A program made the translations under genes and the position numbers. Positions 36,801 to 44,058 of a DNA stretch of 64,000 bases are shown here, one piece after another (position 1 is the first letter of the stretch; each line of letters opens with the position of its first letter). The stretch spans positions 1 through 64,000 of the IMG/VR virus record IMGVR_UViG_3300034523_000174; one strand, 5' to 3'. The notes under the pieces are model-generated. The model did not search any database. It had not been told where the DNA came from and was given only the letters and a program-made list of their open reading frames with translations. The DNA is from a virus.

Positions 36801-37957
36801 ACCGCGAATGGCTGGTGGAAAACGCGGAGTACTTCGGCGTCGACGTGGCCAAGATCCAGCGCATGAAAGCCCCGGTGCTGGTGCGAGTGCGTAAAACCGC
36901 CATCAACCGCGTGGAGTTCGCTGTGGAGGCGAACCAGGACGATAAGCTGGCGATGACTGCCACCGAGAAAGCCCGCAGCGATGCCAAGCGCCTGGACACC
37001 GCCATGCTGGCCAAGCTGGCAGACGGCGACCTCAACAGCGCGGCAAACCGTGACTTTGTGGCGGCCTTCCTGCAATCGCTGGGTGATGCCGAGGCGGCGC
37101 AGTACCTGACCACCGACGGTAAGCCTACGTCCGGCCTTATCAGTCGCCTACAGGCCGCGCTGTTTGCTGGCGCCTACTCCGATGACCGTTTGCTGGAAAT
37201 GACGGCGGACCAGGCCAAGCCTGAGATTGCCAACATCGTTTCGGCCTTGAACAGCGCAGCGCCTGACTTCATGCGGGCCAAGGAACAGGACCGGATCGGC
37301 GCCGAGCAAGCGGGTGAGCAGGTAACTGACTCCCTGGAGCTGTCGCTTAACCAGGAGGCGGTAAACGCCATCATTGGCGCGACCAACGTGCTGCGCCAGG
37401 CAAAAGAGGCTGGCATGGGCCTGGACGAGTTCCTGCGCCAAGGGGACATGTTCGGCGGCACGGATCCGGCTGTAGCGGCCATGGCTGTGTTTATCAGCGC
37501 CAACAACCGCAGCGCTAAGCGCATGAGCACCGCATTCAAGGCCATGGCGCAGTTCGTCGAGAGCGAGAACATCCGCAAGCAGACCGCCGGCCTGTTTGGT
37601 GATGAGCCTGCCAGCTTTACCGACATCGTAGGCGCGGCCAACCGCAAGCTTGAGCAAGAGTATGGCGAGGGTCTGTTTGCCATCGACCAGGGCGACATGT
37701 TCAGCCAGCCAGCGCCGGCCGCACCACCGGTGCCAGAGCCAGAAGGCCCAAGCGAAGACGATGCCCTGCAAGCGGCCAAGTCCTACCTGGATAGCATCAT
37801 TGGCGGCACCACTGACCTGGGTAGCCCTGGCGACGTGCTCAAGGAGCTTGAGCGGATCTATGCAGCCTACGGCGAGGACAAGTTGAGCGAGCTGTTTGTA
37901 GAAGCCTCGGACGCCTTCCGGGACTACGCGCTCAAGGCTACCGCTGGCGCGTTCTAA
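33839..37957 (+). CDS. DarA-like polyvalent protein: InPase-like + DarA_N + DdrB-type ParB-like + DarA_C-like
   Basis: PT.AQ..AGNY.KG...HYGY..GT.GADGD.VDVF...FDEHKVMLGF; DGQSVSVFFHNPD; QPRDR...GAPIV...VESGNGR. Confidence 0.85.
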   Translation: MTDVFSKLQSAAHAGAFGMGSTAQPTPAQIRAGNYAKGTVRLHGLRITIETPMFQSRRGKEDGKPWSITCMAHYGYVNGTRGADGDAVDVFVGPAPESLRVYVINQNGKTGTFDEHKVMLGFIDHDQACTAYMNSYEKGWTGLGSVAACTIKQFKYWLKHGDLSRPLSPDLPNIPKDEALSMTDVFARWGADNLPVGQTVGALLYELRRSDPDGLMFDSATMADITESLADDGTMLDAMVIEYKQFERKAAQLLKVMQNVGGEVQAATVEVSKPFKNKGTTQVAMLFGMSDGQSVSVFFHNPDSTPNKLMPADELISWKWVQNKKDITAVVAPESGQDLNPRIVARRIMSLIQKNSAKFIKANEGKAARTAALDEQKALVESKTAELAALDTQISELTAQLEAQKAELATTITPEPVNEPEAEAAIANADASNASYMASTLAKIPAIKAEIEALGGVPMTEAEFMDRVNAGTNQGFSVAELQSKLADAKAQLAGIQSGSVKPRTIVGKGGTKKGATAWLNNMIAEVETALANDGFMYTVNVSNYAYNLNAQLRELKAKAADPVAPVSTASILLEDYADVAALGSATVLSVGSENVYFDKDGKQYMTKLLNTDDYEPKVGEVVDLSGVVDPYTAPASKLSFTEWEGKVLEALAELMEVSTGDADAIAMGQTTLVKQLYADGVAPAEAANAVKAAATAAPETPEEEAMLAAHLAERAEAAAQAAAGGVNVDDMKAVMTENVVIDVPAGWLVMNAPRPLVGQKTVENGEFLTGRFYGAVDPSDTYAASTIETNRKLDAAIVMQGIDRATQMAMAMVGNKYRDDYLAMPEAERYQALSPKIKKLYGKPYGELKALLEQAKAEPAPAAVSAEDEDTGTIEAEGRDNAVKTAKGTKVVTGFKVIEAKNLIISHETDGTVNPEYPPEIQPRDRARTTSQAWVQKTARNLDPDSLGRTQRADSGAPIVGADRVVESGNGRAMAIREAYRIGQADEYREWLVENAEYFGVDVAKIQRMKAPVLVRVRKTAINRVEFAVEANQDDKLAMTATEKARSDAKRLDTAMLAKLADGDLNSAANRDFVAAFLQSLGDAEAAQYLTTDGKPTSGLISRLQAALFAGAYSDDRLLEMTADQAKPEIANIVSALNSAAPDFMRAKEQDRIGAEQAGEQVTDSLELSLNQEAVNAIIGATNVLRQAKEAGMGLDEFLRQGDMFGGTDPAVAAMAVFISANNRSAKRMSTAFKAMAQFVESENIRKQTAGLFGDEPASFTDIVGAANRKLEQEYGEGLFAIDQGDMFSQPAPAAPPVPEPEGPSEDDALQAAKSYLDSIIGGTTDLGSPGDVLKELERIYAAYGEDKLSELFVEASDAFRDYALKATAGAF

Positions 37958-37976
37958 CCCTTAACCCACTGACCAT

Positions 37977-38001
37977 AAGCCCGCCGTGTGCGGGCTTTTT
38001 T
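37977..38001 (+). terminator. intrinsic terminator
   Basis: AAGCCCGC-CGTGT-GCGGGCTT plus T run. Confidence 0.75.
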
Positions 38002-38018
38002 GTGGGTGTGCGGCGTGT

Positions 38019-38066
38019 ATTGGCGCTATAGCGCTTTAACTTATTTGAGTTAAAGCGTTAAAACGT
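38019..38066. repeat. 8-bp phased array resembling the parA-proximal array
   Basis: attggcgc tatagcgc tttaactt atttgagt taaagcgt taaaacgt. Confidence 0.5.
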
Positions 38067-38068
38067 TG

Positions 38069-38097
38069 TTGACCAATAGGCACGAAGTGCCTATTAT
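38069..38097 (+). promoter_or_regulatory. strong sigma70 promoter with palindromic operator
   Basis: TTGACC-N17-TATTAT; AATAGGCAC-GAA-GTGCCTATT at 38075-38095. Confidence 0.8.
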
Positions 38098-38146
38098 CGC
38101 CCTAAGCCGAACGAAACGGCGCCAACCAAACACGGAGCACGAAGAC

Positions 38147-38623
38147 ATGACCAAGACCATGAACCTTGACCAGCTGATTGGCGCCGCCTACGTGACCAAA
38201 GACTTCACCTGCCTGAATGACTACACCCTGCTGGATTGCATCTGCCGTATCGAAACCTTGGGCCGCAACATGCCGGAAAACATGCTGGTGAGCTTCCAGG
38301 CCGAAGCCGACAAGCGCGGTCTGCGCGCCGAGCTGATTCTGTCGGACCTGGACGCGCCAGTAACTGCCGCCCCGGTTATCACCCGCACAGCGAAGAAGCT
38401 GACCGTCACCCTGGCGAACGGTGACAAGGCCAGTCGCGCCACCTCCAACACGTACCAGTCTGTAGTGGTCGGCTACAACGCCAGCGGCAAGTTGGTCGTT
38501 CTGTCTGCCCACTGGCTGGCGGCTGATGCGCTCAAGGCTGTCGACACCTTCAAGGCCGGAAAGTTTGTGAACTTCAACTACCGCGACAAGCTGGTTGGCG
38601 CCCCGATCATCGTAAGCGCCTGA
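38147..38623 (+). CDS. hypothetical protein
   Basis: GGAG RBS; strongly biased codon usage. Confidence 0.75.
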   Translation: MTKTMNLDQLIGAAYVTKDFTCLNDYTLLDCICRIETLGRNMPENMLVSFQAEADKRGLRAELILSDLDAPVTAAPVITRTAKKLTVTLANGDKASRATSNTYQSVVVGYNASGKLVVLSAHWLAADALKAVDTFKAGKFVNFNYRDKLVGAPIIVSA

Positions 38624-38666
38624 TCAAGCCAGCCCGGAGCGATCCGGGCACCACTGGAGCAAAGAC

Positions 38667-38960
38667 ATGGCAACTTTCATCACCTGTAAGCGCTGCGAAG
38701 GCAAAGGCCGTTTGGCCCACTTCGGCCACGTCGATAACGGCGTGTGCTTGAAATGCCGTGGTACTGGCCAGGTAATGAAAATGCGTAATGTCGTTACTTT
38801 CGAAACCCATTACCACGCTGTTACAGACAACGGCGCCCGCGTGCTGTGTGACGCCGACAAAGCCAAAGCTGAAATGCTGCTTGCTGCATGGGCTGAAATG
38901 AACTGCCCAGGCACCCTGGAAACTCGCGAAGTAAAGAAAACCGAGCGTGTGCCAGCCTAA
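38667..38960 (+). CDS. DnaJ-type Zn-finger small protein
   Basis: CKRCEGKG...CLKCRGTG. Confidence 0.75.
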   Translation: MATFITCKRCEGKGRLAHFGHVDNGVCLKCRGTGQVMKMRNVVTFETHYHAVTDNGARVLCDADKAKAEMLLAAWAEMNCPGTLETREVKKTERVPA

Positions 38961-39002
38961 TCAATCCCGCCCGGTTCGCCGGGCACATCCGAGGGGGAAA
39001 TA

Positions 39003-39170
39003 ATGAATTTCGTTTATGTGGGAGGCCCAAAGCTCGATCCGGACGACGATGAGGATTATTGGCATGAGTGCCACGCCTGCGGCCGCCACAACACCTCAGA
39101 TGATTACAGGGGGAATGACGGCGACTGTCGCTGTGGTGCTGCATACCGGAAAGAAGAACAAGCCTCTTAA
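39003..39170 (+). CDS. 55-aa acidic Zn-ribbon protein (not in ORF track)
   Basis: MNFVYVGGPKLDPDDDEDYWHECHACG...CRCG; GAGGGGG RBS. Confidence 0.65.
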   Translation: MNFVYVGGPKLDPDDDEDYWHECHACGRHNTSDDYRGNDGDCRCGAAYRKEEQAS

Positions 39171-39207
39171 TTGAGGCTTTGCCGGTACCAACAAAGGGAA
39201 AAGCCCA

Positions 39208-39456
39208 ATGAGTTTTAAACACCTTCTCGGCGCCAAGCCAGATCCGACTCTGCATAACCCCGATGCGGCCTACATACGCAGCCTTGTCGATGCGTGCGGC
39301 CTTACTCAGGCGCAGGCGGCCGAGGCTATCGATATCAGTGAGCGGGCCATGCGCTACTACCTGAGCACCACTACAGCAACCTTTCGGCCAGCCCCTTACG
39401 CCGTCCAGTTCACACTTGAGCAGTTGGCCGCCCACATGGATGCGGTGAAGCAATGA
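39208..39456 (+). CDS. small HTH repressor (KorC-like)
   Basis: P...IR.L....GLTQAQAA..I.IS.R.MRYY......PYA.QF.LE. Confidence 0.75.
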   Translation: MSFKHLLGAKPDPTLHNPDAAYIRSLVDACGLTQAQAAEAIDISERAMRYYLSTTTATFRPAPYAVQFTLEQLAAHMDAVKQ

Positions 39457-39809
39457 CGCGCGATCCCTTCAAGCACCACTACCGGCTCAAGCGCCCGTGT
39501 GCAAACTGTCCGTTTCTCAAGGTCGGCGCCATCGAACTGCAACCGGGGCGCCTGGACGGGATCGTCTCGGATCTGCTGGAGAGCGATCAAGGCACGTTCC
39601 AATGCCATAAGACGGTTCATTGCGCCCGTGGGGGCGAGTGGGGCGGCGAGGACAACTATCAGCCGTCGGGGCATGAGGCAATGTGTGCCGGCGCCGCCGC
39701 GCTACTGATGAAGCGGGGGCGGCCGACGGTAAGCATGCGGTTCGCCTTTGTCACTGGAGCCGCAAGCCCCAGCGACTGGGATGCAGTACAACCACTGGTA
39801 ATTGACTGA
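39453..39809 (+). CDS. Cys/His-rich protein (PCxxCPF...FxCH...CAG)
   Basis: Motif; ATGA coupling. Confidence 0.75.
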   Translation: MTRDPFKHHYRLKRPCANCPFLKVGAIELQPGRLDGIVSDLLESDQGTFQCHKTVHCARGGEWGGEDNYQPSGHEAMCAGAAALLMKRGRPTVSMRFAFVTGAASPSDWDAVQPLVID

Positions 39810-39824
39810 GGAAGCCCATAACCA

Positions 39825-40103
39825 ATGATCGTAGATATTAGATTTCAGAAAGAAACTACCTTGATCGTTTTCAAGGGCAAAGACTTTACTTCCCATGATG
39901 ACATCTTGACGATTGCCAGCAGCCTCGCCGCAGGTGGCTATTGCTTTGAGGCTGGGACTTTGCTTAGCCCATCGTTCGGCCAGTTCGTTGATGGTGTTAA
40001 GCCGCGAAGTGAGTACGGCGTACTTGTTGGGCGCGATGCCGAGGGTAAGCCATTTGTTCGTTGGGGCAAGATGGAAAAATCGCCAGCCGGGCTACCGATT
40101 TAA
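39825..40103 (+). CDS. hypothetical protein
   Basis: GAGG upstream; operon context. Confidence 0.6.
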   Translation: MIVDIRFQKETTLIVFKGKDFTSHDDILTIASSLAAGGYCFEAGTLLSPSFGQFVDGVKPRSEYGVLVGRDAEGKPFVRWGKMEKSPAGLPI

Positions 40104-40145
40104 TGAACCTGTAAACAATCCGCACACAAGAAAGGAGCCCCCGCC

Positions 40146-40385
40146 ATGACCGAGCTGTGCACAGTAGATAGGCTGTATCAGGGTGATACCGTGGCGCGGC
40201 TGATGGAGTTGGCCGAGAACCCCAACGAAAAGCTAGCGCAACGGCTGGATGCCCTCACGGCACTGGGGATGTGGCCCCCGTCGCTGAGAATTCGTGATTT
40301 CCTGATGCGCTTCAAGAATAACCCGGAATGGGAGGCACCATTGCGCGAGGTCGCTACGGCGGCCCTGGTGCGAAGCTTCGAATAA
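40146..40385 (+). CDS. hypothetical protein
   Basis: AAGGAG RBS. Confidence 0.65.
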   Translation: MTELCTVDRLYQGDTVARLMELAENPNEKLAQRLDALTALGMWPPSLRIRDFLMRFKNNPEWEAPLREVATAALVRSFE

Positions 40386-40456
40386 TTCATACAAAGAAAC
40401 CCCGGCCGGGCCAGAGTGGAGCGGCCAACGCAAACCAAACCGCCAGAGATAAACGT

Positions 40457-40930
40457 ATGACAAAGACACTTATGGAAGCCCCACGGCTTGAATCCACGCC
40501 TTGCGCGCACTGTACCGCCACTGGGCTGCGCGCTGGTGTCGATTGCCCCCGCTGTCACGGCAACGGATCGTTCCTTACCAAGCGCGGCCAGGCAGCGCGC
40601 GCCTACATGCGCACACTGCTGGAAAAGCCAGCCAAAGAGGTAGCCGTGGGGGATGTCGCATGGTTTCCGGTTGGGGGTGTGAAGGTTGCGGCCGCCGTGC
40701 TTCGGGTTGAGCTGGATGTCGGCCCTACCCTGCGCGTTCGACTGCACGGCAAACGCCGCAAGACTGGCGAAGACATTGCCTTTACCGTAGCAACGCATGG
40801 CGCTGTGGATCTGGCGTTTACACCGCTGGAACTGGAAGCTATCCGGGCGAAGGTCGAGGCGTATCAGGCCACGCTGACAATGAAAGGCCTCGCTTCCAAG
40901 CGCCCGCGCATGCTCAAGCGCGCCGCGTAA
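40457..40930 (+). CDS. DnaJ-type Zn-finger protein
   Basis: CAHC.ATG....CPRCHGNG..LTKRG.AA. Confidence 0.7.
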   Translation: MTKTLMEAPRLESTPCAHCTATGLRAGVDCPRCHGNGSFLTKRGQAARAYMRTLLEKPAKEVAVGDVAWFPVGGVKVAAAVLRVELDVGPTLRVRLHGKRRKTGEDIAFTVATHGAVDLAFTPLELEAIRAKVEAYQATLTMKGLASKRPRMLKRAA

Positions 40931-40977
40931 ATGACGCAAAGGCGCCAAAGCGGCAAAGCGTTTTAGTGTCTTAGAGT
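40930..40977. repeat. 8-bp phased array resembling the parA-proximal array
   Basis: aatgacgc aaaggcgc caaagcgg caaagcgt tttagtgt cttagagt. Confidence 0.5.
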
Positions 40978-41023
40978 TAGCCCTACGGCCATTCGGGCCG
41001 ACCGGACATTAAGGACGTAGGGC

Positions 41024-41680
41024 ATGAGCGAAGTATTAGCGGTGCGTGGTAGTGATCAGGTAATGCGCGAGCTGGCGCAGACGAAAGCATCCGTGATCGA
41101 AGCTAAGCGGGTGCTGATCGTCGGCGCTGGCGCTCTCCCTAAGCTGCTGGGGGAGTTGAACGATAGCCTGGCCGAGCTGGGCTATGTGTGCGTGCCGCTT
41201 GAGCCCGCGCAAGGCCTGTACAAGACATTTGCGGATCTGCTGGCGTGTCCTTCGCTGGCGCCGCTGCTGGCGGTTGAGGCCGACACCCCGGCGCTGGGGA
41301 TCGATCCACCGGCGGATTACGCGCCCCAGCTGATCAATAATGTCACCGCGCGCCCTGAGCCCCTTCCTGTGGATCCTGAGCACGCCGATCCCGAGCCGGA
41401 GCCTACTGTGGTCGACGTGTCGGGCCTGGATATGGGCAAGCCAATCAACTGGAAGTTGGGGGATGTGTTTATCTCCAATCCCCGTATCACGCTACCGCAC
41501 AAGAGCCGCAAGTGGATTCTCGACTCGCTGGATATTTCCGATCTGGAAAACCTGAGCGGGATCGACGTTCAAATCAGAAGCCCGAACACGACGACTACCG
41601 AGCTGCTGACGCTCAAGCAATTTATGGCTCAGTACGTGTTCCATAAGCGCCCTGCCGCAGAGCAAAGCGCCGCCGAGTAA
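41024..41680 (+). CDS. hypothetical protein
   Basis: AAGGA upstream; 218-aa ORF. Confidence 0.7.
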   Translation: MSEVLAVRGSDQVMRELAQTKASVIEAKRVLIVGAGALPKLLGELNDSLAELGYVCVPLEPAQGLYKTFADLLACPSLAPLLAVEADTPALGIDPPADYAPQLINNVTARPEPLPVDPEHADPEPEPTVVDVSGLDMGKPINWKLGDVFISNPRITLPHKSRKWILDSLDISDLENLSGIDVQIRSPNTTTTELLTLKQFMAQYVFHKRPAAEQSAAE

Positions 41681-41702
41681 CCCCGTTTCGACGCCTCAAA
41701 AT
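41662..41702 (+). promoter_or_regulatory. putative late promoter (GCAAAGC-N28-CAAAAT)
   Basis: Fixed-spacing motif. Confidence 0.55.
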
Positions 41703-41736
41703 ATGGGCTTGCATACCACTATGTAGGCCCATATCC

Positions 41737-44058
41737 ATGCCCCTCAATCCCCTTGAACAGGCCCGGAGCGCCGCCAAGCTGTTACAGCTTCGCGAGCAGC
41801 TACAGTCGGGCACGCTCAATCCCATCGAACAAGTTCGCGTAACTGCCGAGGCGCTGGCGCTGTACACCGCGTTAGGTGGCGCCCCTATGGACGGCCCTAA
41901 GCCTGTCGACGCTGAGCAGGCCGCCGCTTTCGCCGCTGACGACGGCCTGAGTGATGACCCGAACGCCGAAAACTACCGCTACAAAGACACCGGGTATATC
42001 GCCGGGAGCCGAAAGGAGGAAGCCGCCGAGCTGATCCGTGGCGCCCGCGCATCCGGCACCATGCTGCGCGCCAGCGATATCGACTTTACCGCTATCGAAG
42101 CGAACCCCCGCGAAGCCAAGAAGCTGATCACCAAGTCCAACCTTTTCGGCGTGGTCGACTGGGCCGAACTGCAAGCGGGCGGCATGGACCCGGCGGCCGG
42201 CTTCCTGCTGGATCGCGCGTATGCCTCCGTAGGCAAGGAGCCTGGTGAGAATACCCCCGAGGCGCGCAAATCGTTTGTGCTGGGCATGGAGACGCTGCGC
42301 ACCCGCATGGAAGGGTGCAAGACCAGCAAGGACGTGCTGGCGGTAATGGACGATATCCGTGACGAGCTGATGGGCGCCAAGCTCAACGCCGACGAGACGG
42401 ATCAATATAAGACGCTCAGTCAGCAGTCCCATGAGCTTTATCAGCGCAGCCAAGCACTGCGCGACGTACAAGCTGGCCTCAGTGATTCCATGAACCGCGC
42501 CAGCCAAGCCGCGCGCACTGCCAAGTACGACATAGAAAAGCGCCTGAGCCGTGGTTGGAAGCTGACAGACGAGCACGAAAAGGCTGTGACTGATGCCGAA
42601 GCGGAATCGCGCAAGGCTACAGAGGCCTGGCGGCAGAACCTGGAGCAAAACCGCGAAGCGCTCGATGACATGGACAATCAGCGCCGTGTGCTCAGCAAGC
42701 AACAACGTGAAATCGTCGATATCGCCAAGGTTCGCAACCTCAAGTCGCCGGAGTCTCAGGCCTGGCTATCGTTGGGCGAGCGCTTTATCAAGGCGGCCAT
42801 GTTCCGCAGCCGTGCCGGATCGAGCACGTTCCGCGATCACGCGGCCAATGCGCTGGCGGGCGAGCCCAAGACGTGGGAGTGGGCGGAAAAGGACACTGCC
42901 ACCGTTGAAAAGAAGGTGACTCAGAAGCGCCGGACCTTCGCGCTCAAGGTGATCGATGTCTTTGAGCGCAAGGGTGGGCGCACCGTACCGATCAACTCCA
43001 CCAAGGATCTGGAAACCCTCTGTGGATTCCGCGCCGTGCAAACGGGCAACTGGGTACAGAAGGACATCGACAGCGCCAAGTGGCATGTCGAGCAGGCCGC
43101 CGGCGCCATGTGTGACATGGCCGACATGCTGGGGATCAGCGAAAAGGCCTTGGGGTTCGGCGGCCGGCTGGGCATGGCGTTCGGCGCGCGCGGCACTGGC
43201 AACGCTGGCGGCGCCACAGCCAAAGGCACCTATGAGCCGATCCACCGCGTAATCAATATCACCAAGATGAATGGCGGCGGGAGCCTGGGGCATGAGTGCT
43301 GGCACGCGGTCGATAACATCCTGCACAGCGTCCTGCGCGGTGAAGATGGCGGCGCCGAGGACTTCGCCAGCGCCAACCCGAGCCTGATGCCAGAGGGGCC
43401 GATTCGTGATGCGTTCACTTCGCTCAAGAAGGCCTTAACCGAGGGCGATCACAGGCTACCCGAGTCGATCAAGTTCACCGATAGGCAGCGCGCCAACGCC
43501 CGCCACAACATCGACAGCCCGCATAACGAGGTCAGCCGCAAGATCAAGGCCGCCGGCAGTGCTGAGGCCGCTGTGCTCGCCGTGGATAGCCATTTTTCCG
43601 GGATTGATAGCGAGCGCCTGCTGAAACTCAAGAAGCAATGGCGAACCCTGGCCGCCGCCTACTACGCCCCCGAGGGGGTAAGCGATATCCAGCTCAACAC
43701 AGGCCGTGGCGTTTCCAAGTACATGGCCGAGGCCAAGGTGCTCGATGGAGCCAAGAGCAAAGAATATTGGTCCAGCGCTGACGAACTATCGGCCCGCGCT
43801 TTCCAGGGCTACCTGGAGGATCGCCTTGCGGAAAAGGGCCGCCAAAACGACTACCTGAGCAGTCTGGCCGACAACAAACACCACTACTTCCCTGAAATGG
43901 GGGAGCCCTTCAAGCCCTACCCCGAGGGCGAAGAGCGCACGCGCATAAACGCCGCATTTGATCAGGTGTTCCAGGCGCTACGCGACGAAAAGGCCTTTGA
44001 GAAGGCACTGGAAAACACCGCTCTACTCGATTCGATTTTTGGGGTTCACCATGACTGA
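41737..44058 (+). CDS. polyvalent protein with LPD1/zincin-like (HExxH) region (P1 DdrB-like cargo)
   Basis: GNWV...LGMAFGARG...YEP..VINITK..G.GSLGHECWHAVD...YWS...EL.ARAF..PYPEGEER. Confidence 0.8.
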   Translation: MPLNPLEQARSAAKLLQLREQLQSGTLNPIEQVRVTAEALALYTALGGAPMDGPKPVDAEQAAAFAADDGLSDDPNAENYRYKDTGYIAGSRKEEAAELIRGARASGTMLRASDIDFTAIEANPREAKKLITKSNLFGVVDWAELQAGGMDPAAGFLLDRAYASVGKEPGENTPEARKSFVLGMETLRTRMEGCKTSKDVLAVMDDIRDELMGAKLNADETDQYKTLSQQSHELYQRSQALRDVQAGLSDSMNRASQAARTAKYDIEKRLSRGWKLTDEHEKAVTDAEAESRKATEAWRQNLEQNREALDDMDNQRRVLSKQQREIVDIAKVRNLKSPESQAWLSLGERFIKAAMFRSRAGSSTFRDHAANALAGEPKTWEWAEKDTATVEKKVTQKRRTFALKVIDVFERKGGRTVPINSTKDLETLCGFRAVQTGNWVQKDIDSAKWHVEQAAGAMCDMADMLGISEKALGFGGRLGMAFGARGTGNAGGATAKGTYEPIHRVINITKMNGGGSLGHECWHAVDNILHSVLRGEDGGAEDFASANPSLMPEGPIRDAFTSLKKALTEGDHRLPESIKFTDRQRANARHNIDSPHNEVSRKIKAAGSAEAAVLAVDSHFSGIDSERLLKLKKQWRTLAAAYYAPEGVSDIQLNTGRGVSKYMAEAKVLDGAKSKEYWSSADELSARAFQGYLEDRLAEKGRQNDYLSSLADNKHHYFPEMGEPFKPYPEGEERTRINAAFDQVFQALRDEKAFEKALENTALLDSIFGVHHD

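Noticed and set aside
40936-40977. GCAAAG copies at 40936 and 40953 (also 1034, 4223, 6927, 6966, 28552) as late promoters
   Set aside because: No NANNNT hexamer at the +35 offset; the 40930 region is better explained by the 8-bp array.
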